A DNA stretch of 64,000 nucleotides from Ascidiella aspersa (taxonomy: Eukaryota): contig OZ004608.1 in assembly GCA_963924565.1 (NCBI GenBank), positions 10,416,001-10,480,000 of the forward strand, in the 5' to 3' direction. The notes beneath the pieces were generated by a model. It was given only the letters and a program-made list of their open reading frames with translations. It searched no databases and had not been told where the DNA came from. Every line of letters starts with the position of its first letter. Position 1 is the stretch's first letter. This document shows, one piece after another, positions 1 to 12,900 of the stretch. Made by a program: the position numbers and the translations under genes.

Positions 1-1163
1 AGCAAACCTACCGATGTGCATCCACGTTCACCAAAGCGTGCAGATCGCCTTTTTTTCCTATTTCGCAATTGTACATTTATAAACGCGTGTTTGTGCTTGT
101 GCTACCTCTTAACCATGTCGCAGCTAAGCAATAAAGCACCAACCGCTTTAGGTGGATGAATTACATGAAACCTTATGAGTGGATTACTGAACACCTTAAC
201 TAAGTTACGTAAATGGGCAAATTACAGTCGGACTTGACAAACTCACACAAGTATTATAAGAATTAATGACGTAAATCTTTCTTTATTCGCAGAAATTTTG
301 TTAACTGATTTTCGTTTATAAATAGCGTGTTCAATCAATATAAAATGGCTTTTACGGCTTTTACTCAGACAACAAACTCGAGTGCTTTTGTAACTGAACC
401 AGTATCACCCAGTACTGCCTAGTGCAGAGAGAAAATACTGAGACAGCAAAATGGACTGTTCATGTATCTGAACTAAAGGAACGAATTGGACCTGTCTGGC
501 CTCACGAAGACAGGCCATCTCAAATCTTGAAGGAGTGTGGTCGATTCATCTTGGCAATTATATAAAGGAAGACTCATTAATCTGACAAACCCCCTCACGT
601 GTTTCCATATAGTCAAGTCATTTAGTAGGAGGAGTGTATATTGCATTCCAGTTGATTAGCCATATGACGAATTATAAGAAGTTTCAGTGTTTTAATGAAT
701 ATAGCCAAAAATAAAGTTAATAAAGGCTAATTTTCTCGCGCGAATTATATTAACTTTTTAATTATTCGTAACCACCATTTAATCCTTTTTTTCAACATTC
801 GCGCGAGATTTGAACAGTGAAAGATACTACTATAAATGGGGTTACCATTCATCAGGAGTTTCTCTGACACGCCAGATAATTAAGTGTTTAAATCTGCGGC
901 ATGAAAAAACGTTAAACTGTTTTTTTTAGAGGTCCATGATTTTTAACAATCTGGCAATAATTTTTGTATTCTTTAGAAGTAATACACAATCGGTCATTTA
1001 CCTGCTCCTTGATTTTATTTATAAAATTTGCTTATACTTCCTTTACTCATACCTCAGTCACTTTCAAATAAAACGCGCTAAAATACGATTTTACAGCAAA
1101 ATGTAAAGCCATGAACATTAAGCTAACACGGAGTATATATTGGTGTTTCACAATCTTTTATAG

Positions 1164-1480
1164 CAGGGGTTTTTAAACTGGGGTCCGCCAACTAGTTTTA
1201 GGGGGTCCATGAGGGCCTACTTAAAATATTAGTGTGTATTTAAGAAGTAATCTTTTTTTAAAGAAAACCGTTTGATTAAAAATAATACGGTTTTGCACTG
1301 AATCCTATTTAGACTCCAATTCACTTTCACATTTTTGGACCAAAATCAGCAGATTTATAAAGTGTATTTGTACTGTGACGTCAATTTATGATGTCATTTT
1401 GGATTTTTTTGCCGACCGTGTTCCACGCTTGGTTAAAAAAAAGTTTAGAGGCCGCAGTAAAAAAAGTTTAAGAACCCCTG
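1164..1480. mobile_element. hAT-type MITE (CAGGGGT TIR)
   Basis: TIRs CAGGGGTTTTTAAACT ... GTTTAAGAACCCCTG; perfect 8-bp TSD TTTTATAG at 1156-1163 and 1481-1488. Confidence 0.85.
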
Positions 1481-2667
1481 TTTTATAGGGAAAGCTGATA
1501 CTACATAAACCTAGGGTAAAAGAGTTAGGGGAAAAACGGTTGGTTGTTGTAGGCTGAACAACTCGGGTCTCACGGAACCTCCAAAAGGAAAAAAAATCAC
1601 ACAAGCCTACTATTATGAAGAGACGGTCAAACAGGTTAAGAAAACAATAATCCTGCCTCGTTTATTCCTTACAGTTTATCAACTGATTTCAGTTGACTCC
1701 GGACGTGAAATGTATTTGAACTTTTGTGTAATGTAAGCCTACCTGCACTAATATACTGCCTTATTTGGAATTATGGCTTGTCAAGTGCGCGCAATGCTAG
1801 CTACAATAAAAAATAGGAAATTTATAAAATCACCAAATCTCAAATAATGGCGCGTAATAGTTTATTTGGAATTGTTTGGGCATATAGAAAACAATAACAT
1901 ATTGCAGAAGAACTAAACCGGATCTAACATACTACAAGATATATTGTGTACCGTTGGTCGTAAATTGTGGGGCAAGCGAAAAAAAATCAGTAACATTACA
2001 ACACTATTTTGTTTACATATGCGACAGGCTGTAAAACATTAGTTTTTTAACAACCAAAACCTATTTAACAGCGCGAATATTGCACGTCAAATTCGCTTAG
2101 ATGTAATTACGTGAGAGCGTAACTCTTTAACAGAAAAAAAACGTGTGCAGCTAATCTCAAATACAGAACTAAAGAACTTTTAAATAGATAAGAGTACGAG
2201 TTTAAAAGTATAGCAGTGGTGTCATCAGGTACATTGTGTAACGGCTGCTGGCTTGCATTATAGTGCGTCAATGAATTGGCAAACATAAGAATAGCTTTAA
2301 ATCACTACAAACGAAGTACAGCACTTGTATCGAAATCGCCAAAAACTATGGTGTGTTGGGCAGTCGAGGCTGTTTCTTGTACAGAAAAGTGCTGTTTGGG
2401 TGATTATTAGGTTACACAATTAAGTATTAATCGGTTAGACACCAGATTAGTTGGCGAACAGGTAAAAAAATATTTAGTCGTAAGTTTCACACTAATAGAA
2501 CAACGAAGCTACGATTTACTTGTATCGATTTTGGAACTTTTCATATACGATCGAGTCTTAAAACTCTTTTTCCAGCAAAAAGAGGCAATAGAAGGTTTGA
2601 AATAGGTTTTAAGAGAGGTTGAAAAGTTAAAAGGTCCTTTAAAGTTAGGTTTTTAATGCTGTCGTGT

Positions 2668-5600
2668 TTAGGTGGCTTCGTTGGTCTGTTCAGTTTGTTC
2701 GGAACCGGCTTCAGTTGCCTGTCAAGGAAAAAAAAAACTTAAATGATATAGTACATGTATGGTTGTTATTGTAAACCAGTAATTCTCAAACTGTGTTATA
2801 CGAGATCATAAATGTATCGCGAAACGTTTTGCAATTTTGTAAAATCATTTTCGTTTACAAATGGATACTTCTTGTGACTATTAGAAGTTGCTTGTTATTG
2901 CTTTCTTTTCAGGGGCAATCGTCAAAGTTTTAATATTATTTTGGTGTATAATGGTTGGAGGTTGGAGTAAGAATATCGAAGCCCATACAGAAGTTAGTAG
3001 CATTTTAAACGTTTCGTATATATATTTATTTATATTCAACATAGTCAATAAAAAATATATAAATTCGAAACGTTCAAAAGGCTACCAACATCTGTATGGC
3101 CTTTGATATTCTTGTTTTGTAGGAAGGGTGCAACAAGTCATTAAGCTTGAGAACCACGGTTTTCGACGAATAATTAGGTGGGAAGTTGTTTTTAACAAGA
3201 ACGATTTTAGTGTCGAAAGACTAGTGATGTTACTCTCCAAAAAACATCTTTAGAAAATGTTGACAAACGCCCAGAAATGTACGTTACCTATATTAATGAA
3301 AGATACACATACATATGTGTTTATCAACAACTGTGATCTGGCGCAGTGCTCTTCAACCTTTTTTGGTTTGGTGAACCCTTAAAATTGTTGTGACGAATTC
3401 ATGCGCCCTGTTTACTTAAAAGTCAAACTGAGGTAAAAAGCGATATAAAAAATCATTATGCATATTAATAATATCATGTCAATTAAACCGAGCGAGGCTG
3501 TTTAAGTTTTACACACTGTCGGTGAGAGTTCGATTATTATGGCTGCAGGCTGCTTGCGAGTACTATTGCATGTCATAAAACAGCATTCAATGTCAAATAT
3601 TATCGGTTCTTTAAAAGTTTGTGATGCACCCTTGTAGACCTTTTCGTACTGGTGCACCCCATACGTTTTTGGTGCACACCGGTTAAACAGCACTGATCTT
3701 GCGTCTCTGGCGCTGTTTTTTTACCAACCTAAATTACATAACAAGCGCTTAAAAGGGGAAGCCGAGTATTTTACCAAATGACTTAATTCGCGACAACTTA
3801 CCTTCTGCTGTTCATCAACTTGGGCGTCGCCAGTTTCACCGTTTTGTGCTTCGGCTTGAACTTCGGCCGGCTTCTGTTCTTCGCTGGCTGCTGCTTGTTC
3901 CTCGTCACCTGGGGACAAAAAGTATTAGCAATCTTTATAACTGGTCTTATTCGTCTAATGCTAAATAGAGGAATCAGGTGGCACTGTATAAAGACAAATT
4001 CTATTAAATTCTCGACAAGCACGGTTGTGCGAAAGCTTGTCGAGAATTCAATACAATTTGTTATCGGTTTGTAATGGTTTAAAGACTTTGTGGTAACACT
4101 GTCAACCCTGATGAACCATAAAATACGTTGAGGTTTTCGAACAATTTTTACCTTAAAGGACGAGAATTTGTTGTTAAAACGCCCTTTTAAAAAACTAGAA
4201 AAAAAAATCGAATTTCACATCAAGTTTTCTAGTATACGGACTGATACATTCTTTTAAAGGGAGTGCTCAACTGAATTGCTTTCTATATAATAATTTATGG
4301 GGTAAACGCTCAAAAACATTTAACAACTTACAATATGCCATTGACTTATACAATGCTTTTTTATTTTGAATTTCATTGGCACCTTGGCATCGACGGAAAC
4401 ACGTAGCGAGGTGAGCGAAAGGCAAATGTAGGCCGACATACAGCATATATTATATAGTTATATTAAACGTTAATGCCATGGTCTTATATTCTTAGTTTTC
4501 CAGATAATGACTGCTTGAGCAATTTTTCTCAACCCATTTTGGCAAGTTGTGAATTTTAGCGAGACAATTATGTACGCCAGACTTTTTAGTGCCAAAACAT
4601 GCTTTCGCAATTTCCTCAAATCTTTCTGAAAACCAATCTCAATAAATATAACCAAATTAAATCCAATTTTGGGGTGAAAACAATGACTTAACACATTGTA
4701 CCTTTTCGGAACACACTGTAACTTTTTGGAAGTTACAAAACATAACACAACAGCATCGACAAACTTGAATTTAATTAGGGCGAACATTAGTATTTCTTTC
4801 GCAATTTCCTCAAACTTCTGAGAAATATTTCTGAGAACCAATCTCAATACATATATACCCATGTAAACCACTGCAGTCAGCGACCCAACCAAACTAAATC
4901 AAATTTTGGCTTAAAATAACACATTGTACCGGGAAAAGTGTACTTTGAACACGCTCGAAGTTCGTCACTTCGCTGAGCCACAAATCCACGACAAACCGTC
5001 CCTCATTGGACAAAAAACGCAATATAAAAGAACATGGAAGATTTGTATCGGTGCGCTTGTACCGGAAATTGCGTAAACTATCGAGCAAAGGAAGCTTAAC
5101 GTCGTAGCCCGAACGCGGCTTTCATGTATGTAAACGACGTGCAACAACTTTACATGTTGAAGGCTGCAATTGCGTGCAAGCAACCGCAAGCAGAAATTGA
5201 CACTTCAGGTTTACAACGCTATACGAACTAAACTTGTTGAAGCCTAGAGATTGGACGATATTACTTTTTGGACCAATACCGATAGACAAAAAACATTTTT
5301 TCTGCTTTTGACAACCGATAACTAATTTATTTAAAAGCTGAAATACAGTGACAACTCTAAAAAATAGTACGTATAAGGCAAATTGAATTCGATTATCTAC
5401 CGATTTATTCTTATACATCACTTTTGTAGGAAAACTTTGGAACACAGTACACGTTTTTTTTAATAATTATAATAAAAATATTAAAGCCATAATATTCGAT
5501 AAAATCGACATTTCGCAGGCATGAGGTAGTGATGAAACGTCTAAACTGCGAAATGTCGATTTTATCGAATACTATGGATTTAATATTTGTATTGAAATTT

Positions 5601-8600
5601 GTAGGAAACGCTTTGAAATATTATTGTAGTAAACATCGATCCTTATTTAGCGATACTGATATATCGATAGGTTTGAATTATCGGCCCACTCTATCGGTAT
5701 ATGGCCGCAAAAAAGTGCCGATAATTATTGGCCAGGTAACACGAAAAAGTACATAATGATTAAGCTTGCGCTGCCAGTGTAAAGAATCGCCAAGGTCTGG
5801 TTTTCTACATGCTTTGTCGCTGTTTTAACGCCTCGGCTGGTTTATTCACGGTATCTTAACTGAAGGTTGTTCAAGTTAAACGACCTCGAACAGACCGCCG
5901 TCGTACGTGACTTTTAAGGCCACGCGCCCCGCATCAATTATAGCCCTACCGGTATTCGCTGTACTCACAAACGCATAGAGCGTTGCAGGTATTATAATAA
6001 CTGAACAAAGATTCGGTCACGGGGCGTGGAAACCAAGGTAAACCGACCGAGGTAATTTGTCACGATGTGTAGCAGGATGAAGGCAGCGGGCAGGTGCCGG
6101 CATTTTATCACCTTTTGCTGTGATGTTTTTTTATCGGGGAAATGGTTTTAAGCACAACAATTTAGAAGCCTTGACACCACGTTGGCTTTTCAGAGACAGG
6201 TAAAACGATTGAGGTGAAAATATTTGCATTTGAATTTCTGGTTATTTTAAATTACAAAAAAATCTGATTATTTCATTTTTATCAAGAATTTCATGAGGTG
6301 AAGTTGGGTTTTATTTCTATGACAGATCAAGTCGAGTTTGTTGAATAGAATTTGGCTTAGGCGTAGATCACCTCTTAAAACTTTTCGTCTTACTTTTTAG
6401 TTGTTTTTATTTCTGCCAATGGGAACATCATACTCACCAACTCCGTTTTCTTTTGGTGTGTCATCTGTCTGTTCTTCTTTCGCATCCCCATTTACCTCCC
6501 CAGCTGCTGGTTCCTGCACTGTCACTTCTTTGGCAGTCTCTTCTGCACAAGTATTAAGTAAAAAAATGTTTTGGTAAAAGCCACTTCTTCAAGTCTTGCT
6601 TTTAGGCTGTTTACTACAGTGGAAAACACTATGACAGATCAATAAAATAGGGGATAGGGCAACTCAACACAAAACATATCTTTGCATCTTTATATTTTAC
6701 ATTGGTTAAAACAATTCGATTTACTGATACCTTTTTACCTCAGAAAGGCCCAAAACATTGGGTAGCCCCTTACCTGTTTTTTGTTCGTCTTTTTGCTCAA
6801 CCAAGCAGCACTCATCCCAATCCGGCCAGTACTTCTCCTTCATTCTGTCGCAGTATGCCACCAGGCTTGGCAGGCTTTCTTTCACAAAGGCTTCCAGCTC
6901 AGATCCCGGAAATCCGTAAACGGATTGAGCGACAATACCGAAAATGGAAGCGTCCACTTCACTGACTTGATCCCCCATCAGAAATGTTTTTTCACCTATA
7001 GGGAAAACAACAATGTCTTTTAACACATGGCACAAAAATGCATCCTTGTGTGAATTTTATAAACTCTTATTTTTTTTATAAAGGATGGTATACTCCTCCT
7101 TAATGTTTTACCCATTATTTTCAAGTTTGTAATAAAGTGTGGTTATTGTTGTCCACAGGCAAATGTCTGATTGATATCTGAAAAGTAATTATTAAATATT
7201 ATTCCCTAAAATGTATGTTTTTTTATGATTCAAACTTTGTATCAAATCCATAAAAGTGTCACATAAAAAAAATTTATACCTAAAAAGTCAGATATTGCTG
7301 TCAAGTCTTTTTTCCCAATCTCAGTGATTTCTTCCTTTGTGTGTCTGCCGATACCATGGCCCTAAATTAAACAAATACAAGGAATACAAAATGGACATAG
7401 TACATAAATCAGAAATTTCCTTCCAATATACTTCACTCCAAAACTCACATTTAAATTGGCTTTTGCATTTGGTTTTACTTTCAGTGCAAGATATACAGGT
7501 AACATCTTCTTTTTAAATCCCTTAATTGGCAAGGTTTTAAGAAAACCGTCAAAATCCACAAAAATTCGATGATATGTTTGCACCCTGAAAACATTTCACA
7601 AAATAGTCAAACTCAAGTTTCCTGGCACCAATATGCAATGGTAAAAAGCCATATTTCACACAGTAGAACAAAATTACATATTAGGCACACGGAAAAATAA
7701 TGAAATTGTGTGATAAAAGTTTTTGAATATTCCAAAGTACGAAATATTCTACAGCAAATAAATGCATGACAATGAATACTGAAAGTTCCCAGCCACTATT
7801 TACCAGTACAGATTCTCTTCACAAAGTCTTTTAAATGCTTGAGCAATTCCCTTTTCTGCTGGCGAAAGATTAGAGTTGAGGTCAACATTCATTTCCTCAT
7901 TCAAGTATTCAATGATAAAGGTTGAATCTGCCAACTCCTTGTCCTTGTGGGTAATGAAGGGTACTTTGCCTTTGGAAGAACTCCTTGTTGTAACCTCAAG
8001 CTGCAAACAAAAAAATAAAAAAAAATAGTAAAAAAATAAGTAAAATGTTGTACACAATTTTTAATCAAACGACAAACAATACAAAAATTTTTAATTTTAA
8101 CTCAATAATTTCTAAAAAATCTGATTGAAATAGACATAAGCAGTAAACCTACTTTGTACTGCAAATTAGCCATTCTAAAATAAGTTTCCAACTTAAGGCA
8201 AAAATGTGATGAAGTTGGAATTTTGAAGGTTGGTCCTGTATGATATATAATGAGATCGCAAGCAGCATCATTGGTTCTGAAAAAATAAACAGATTTTTTG
8301 TGAGTATCAACCCAAGTTTTCTAACCATCTTTGCAAGATTTAGTTAAGATATATTTTTGGCATATTTTTCTTGAGAAAAAATTCAATTTAATAAATTATA
8401 TGACTTTAGGTGTAAATTTTTTTACTTGAACGTTTGTAATTAAGAACTTCCACTGAAATTTTATATGCCAGCCTATATCAGAATCAGATAAGATTATAGC
8501 ATTCCTTCTCAAGTAGGCCTACATTTATACTCTTACAATAGTAACAAATAGTTTACATGCAAAACACTTAAACAAAAGATTGCAAAATTGTTCCTTACTT

Positions 8601-8609
8601 GGTCGACAT
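2668..8609 (-). CDS. FAXC: Failed axon connections (FAXC)/metaxin-like GST-fold protein, ~344 aa, 9 coding exons
   Basis: Exons (minus) 8609-8599, 8276-8153, 8000-7804, 7584-7449, 7361-7280, 6995-6774, 6542-6438, 3908-3802, 2718-2668, all GT-AG with consistent phases. Motifs SHFCLKLETYFRMANLQY, SSKGKVPFI, ADSTFIIEYL, GHGIGRHT, FLMGDQVSEVDASIFG and YCDRMKEKYWPDW are typical of the FAX/metaxin-like GST family. The last three exons encode an acidic low-complexity tail and are less certain. Confidence 0.88.
3344..3695. mobile_element. hAT-type MITE (CAGTGCT TIR) in FAXC intron
   Basis: CAGTGCTCTTCAACC ... GGTTAAACAGCACTG; TSD ATCTGGCG/ATCTTGCG (one mismatch). Confidence 0.8.
5476..5588. repeat. 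Imperfect inverted repeat (~43-bp arms)
   Basis: AAATATTAAAGCCATAATATTCGATAAAATCGACATTTCGCAG versus CTGCGAAATGTCGATTTTATCGAATACTATGGATTTAATATTT, 27-nt spacer; probably a palindromic MITE remnant. Confidence 0.75.
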
Positions 8610-9539
8610 TTTCTCTGTTGCACTTGTAGCTTAACAGATAAAAACTAAACAAAATTGGTAAAGCAACTAAATCGTAAAAACGTAAAACAAATTATTTACA
8701 AAAAACAACAAAAATAATTTAATATTCTTTCATAAGCTATTTTGGAATGACAGTTTTCATAATTATTGTTTATATAAATAATATAATTTACAACAGTCAA
8801 TAAAATTCGGTTGCCGAAATTCCACTACAGAATGCTGGTCTTTTCGCAACGATTGAAATTAACCGCCAAAAGAAGTATAAATAACAAATCGTTAGAGATA
8901 ACAAAAATTCTGCCTAGCATTAACTACAGTTTATTATATATCGCACCGTTAAAATAACCGAGCAATAACAAAACACGTCTAAAGCTCATGCGAAGTTAGC
9001 CACCGACTGTAGTCAGCCACTAAACCACCGGCAACACCCTTTTTTAGCAATGTTCAAAACAATTACGTCATCGCAGAAAAATTGCCTCCGGTGTTTGCCG
9101 CAGATTTGTAAAAGCTACAAACAGCAACCGTGTGAAGCTAATTTTTTATGCATACGACAACAAAATTGTGTCGAAGCACTGCCAACTTTAAATTCAGCAA
9201 TGACAACTTAAAAAAATTGGCCGCATTAGATTAGATTACTGTTGCCCTAATAATAAGAAACCAAATGATTTTAAAAGGATTAATTGCTTTGGTGAAATAA
9301 CAAATAAAGTGATGTTTCGACAAAAAGACAGAGCAGTAGTTAAATTGAAATTTAATAAAACATGTCATTGCCTATATGTGCAGAAATTTGAATTTGTAAA
9401 ACAATATAATTCGTTTAAGCAAACTCTAAAATATAAATAAATACACACGTGCATGTGTATGTATTTTGGGATATCCCCAATTTAAATCGCCACTGGGAGG
9501 CGTTTTGTGAGAGATTCTGTAACGAAAATCTCCCGGATG

Positions 9540-9564
9540 CCCTTTTCTTATGCCTGTTGGCCGG
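9540..9564 (+). promoter_or_regulatory. TCT initiator / 5'TOP tract and non-coding first exon of RPL6
   Basis: CCCTTTTCTT at 9540-9549 fits the YCTYTYY TCT motif of ribosomal protein genes; donor GG|GTGGGT at 9565; acceptor TTGCAG at 9885, 19 nt before the RPL6 ATG. Confidence 0.65.
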
Positions 9565-9904
9565 GTGGGTGTTAAATTGTAATGCATGTTTTATATCTCC
9601 CTAAATCGACCGAAGATGTTACGATTTATTACAATTTATTTATACTATGAAAAGCTGAAGTATTGTTTTAGTTTCGTAACATGTTTTCGAGAAACATTTT
9701 GTGCTGTAAGTGTATTTTTCTTCTACAACTGGCTGTAAAACATTTTAACATTAGGCAAGTTAGTAAAACTTTGCTGAAATGCTGAACATTTTATTAATGA
9801 CTATGTATGTTTTAGGCTAGCTATGCGGTCAGTTGAAGACAATTCCTGTAAGTTTAGTTAAATTATATGTGTTATTACGTTGCAGTAACCGAACGGCCTA
9901 AAAG

Positions 9905-12900
9905 ATGGCTGCCAAGAAGCCGCATTCATCGAGAAATAAGCCCTTGGGTGGTGGCATCAACCGCTACTCCAAGTCGGTGATGTACGCCAAGCGCTACGCT
10001 TTCAAAAAGCGCAAGAACGTCACAAAGATCGAGAAGAAACGTGACTCCAGAATGGTCGAGAAGAAGATTGGTGGCGACAAGAATGGAGGCACTCGACTTG
10101 TCCGTGTAAAGAAGATGGTAAGAACAGTTTACGTTTTTAGTATAATTTTTGACGCTTTGTCTAGAATCTTTCACAGCGTTCAAACAATTGTTAGATATGT
10201 TTTGGTTATGGTGGTGCGGGTTTGGTTAGGTAAAGTGTTATTGGGGGTAACACTAATTTACGGAATGATGAATAGTCGGAATGGAATGAATAGGGCCGAA
10301 ACTAATTTGATGAATGGTCGGAACGGAATGAACTGTCGGAATGGAATGAATGACGCTGTAGGAGCAGAATGACCTGTCGGAATGAAATGAACGAAGCTGT
10401 AGGAACAGAATGAACTGTCGGAATGGAATGAACGACGCTGTAGGAGCAGAATGAATGAACTGTCGGAATGAAATGAGCGAAGCTGTAGCTGTAGGAACAG
10501 AATGAACTGTCGGAATAGAATAAACTGTCGGAATGAGATGAACGAAGCTGTTAGGGTTAGAGTTAGGAATGAACTGTCCTTCGTTCATTTCATTCCCACA
10601 GTTCATTCTGTTCCTACAGCTTCGTTCTTTTCATTCAGACAGCTCATTCCATTCCGACCATTCATCAAATTAGTGAGTGTTCCGACCATTAATCATTCCG
10701 TAAATTAGTGTTACCCTGTTATTGGCGCTCTTTCACTTATGTACGTAAAAATTAATAAAAAAAAAACTTTCTTTAAATGCCGCTTACCACAACGCATATT
10801 GTTTAGGTTAGGGTGTGGTTTAGCGTTTGGTTGAGGGCGCGTCAAGTTATTATTACTATTAAACATAATGTTACTTGACCCACCCGCACCCTAACCCAAA
10901 CAATATGCGTTGTCTTGAATAGAAAATTGAGAATAATTTGAAAATTACATGTTCTCTAGGCTAAATGCGTATTATCAAAACAAAACAACTATATTAAGTT
11001 ACCACCACATGAATGATGATTTTGGAAGTGCCGTCTGAAAATATATATTTTTATCCTATTCAAATGACGTCAACATCCATTTCTGACATGTCAAAACCTC
11101 GAATTTAGTTATGCCCCTAGTTTGCGTATCTCACTTGGTAATTCAATTGCAAGGTAGTACTTGAAATATAACTTTATCTTATCAAATCAATTCGGAAAAT
11201 CTATTGTCATTAGAGCTTGAACCTCTACAAAACAGCGCTTGCTGGAAAGCCGGCCTGATAATTTTTTCTGTTGGTAGTTCCTAAATCGCAAATCTGATAT
11301 GATAACCCATTTCGTATTTGTAAGTTTATGTAAACCATGGTATTTAAAACATGCTATAGATTTCTGCAATTTAAAGTAAAAACGATGTCATTGTTTGCTT
11401 CATAGCCCAGGTACTACCCAACTGAGGATCTTCCACGCAAGTTGAGATCTCATGGCAAGAAGCCCTTCAGCCAGCACAAGCACAAACTGCGAGCTTCGAT
11501 CACCCCAGGAACAGTCCTGATCATCCTTGCTGGACCCAACCGAGGAAAACGTGTTGTCTTCCTCAAGCAGCTTGACACTGGTCTATTGCTTGTGACAGGT
11601 AGCTTTTTGAAATATTGCTATATAAGATAAGATTTTTTAAGCAATGAGTGAAGTTGCTACATGAATGATGATTCTGGAAGTGCCGTCTGAAAATATATTT
11701 TTATCCTATTAAAATGACGTCAACATCCATTTCTGACATGTGGCCAAATTATTTTATACAAATTCTTAATTAATGTATGACAAAGGTTGGCAACCTATGG
11801 CCTGTCAATGTAAATAATCTGGCCCCCACCTCTTATAAACAATCGGAGGCCTGTTCTCACACTTTAGGCTATTTTAACTACATAAATGCAAAAACAATGT
11901 GGGCTTTATGCAAATTCTAGTTTGTTCTGTTCTGAGTAAATCATTTCAGCCTAAAGTTGCTGGCGCCTTCCATCCCATGAATTGAAACTCTTAAAAATGG
12001 AAGTTTTGCCCAATTTCATCTAAATGCTGTTATTGCGCTTAATGCACATCCATTGGCTTTTTAGTATAAACATAACACTTTTGAGAGTTAAATGTCCCTA
12101 TTGAAATTACAAAAAACAAACTAGATTAACAATTACATATATCAAGTTTTCTTTTTTTTTTTAAGTATTTTTATTGCACCTTTCGTTGTGATTGTAGGAG
12201 AAATCAAATTTTGAACCTAATAAACATAATTGCGAATTTAAATTTACTACTGCTCTCGGAAATCAATCGAGTTTTGGTTTGTGCCGCTACTAAAAATAGG
12301 TTGCCTACCCTTGATGTATGCTCAAAAGTATTACAACAAATGCCTCATAACGATATGACTGTTAAGTGTTATGCTTCAAGGTCCTTACAAGGTGAACGGA
12401 GTTCCCCTTCGTCGCATCAACCAATCGTTTGTGATTGGCACCAACACTAAGATCGACATCTCCGGTGTGAAAATCCCAGAGCGTGTAAACGACGCCTACT
12501 TCAGGAGGAAGAAGCTTTCCAAACCTAAGCACGGTGAAGGAGAGATCTTCGAAGAAGGACAGGAGGCAAGTGTTTTAATATTAGTTTCTTACTGTCAACT
12601 TTTAGCGACTGAATAAAATGCACCAACTGTCCTATTATAAACTTTTTTCCATGTTGCCAATGATGTTACCATGTTTCAGCTTTGGTTGATTCTACATGAA
12701 ATTAACAATCATTTTGTACTGAGGCAAATTTAAATTATAGTTGCAGGTCGCAGCTATGCGTGGGATGTCGCTAAGCTACATAAACAATGTGGGTATGGTT
12801 GCGCAAATGTACCAACCAGAATTCCCAGGCATTAATATGTTTAATAGTTGATTTTTTTTATATTAAAGTAAAAGTAATTGTGTTACATCTGCACTCTTTT

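Noticed and set aside
9690-9792. Possible H/ACA RNA in the RPL6 5'UTR intron (hairpin then ACATTT)
   Set aside because: Weak first hairpin and no convincing pseudouridylation pocket.
10300-10550. Repeat array resembling CRISPR
   Set aside because: No unique spacers, eukaryotic intron, enclosed by TIRs and a TSD.
10118-10708. ORF-track peptides with MNxRNG or IPTVHS repeats, including the extension of the RPL6 ORF
   Set aside because: Translations of intron sequence and the foldback element's modules.
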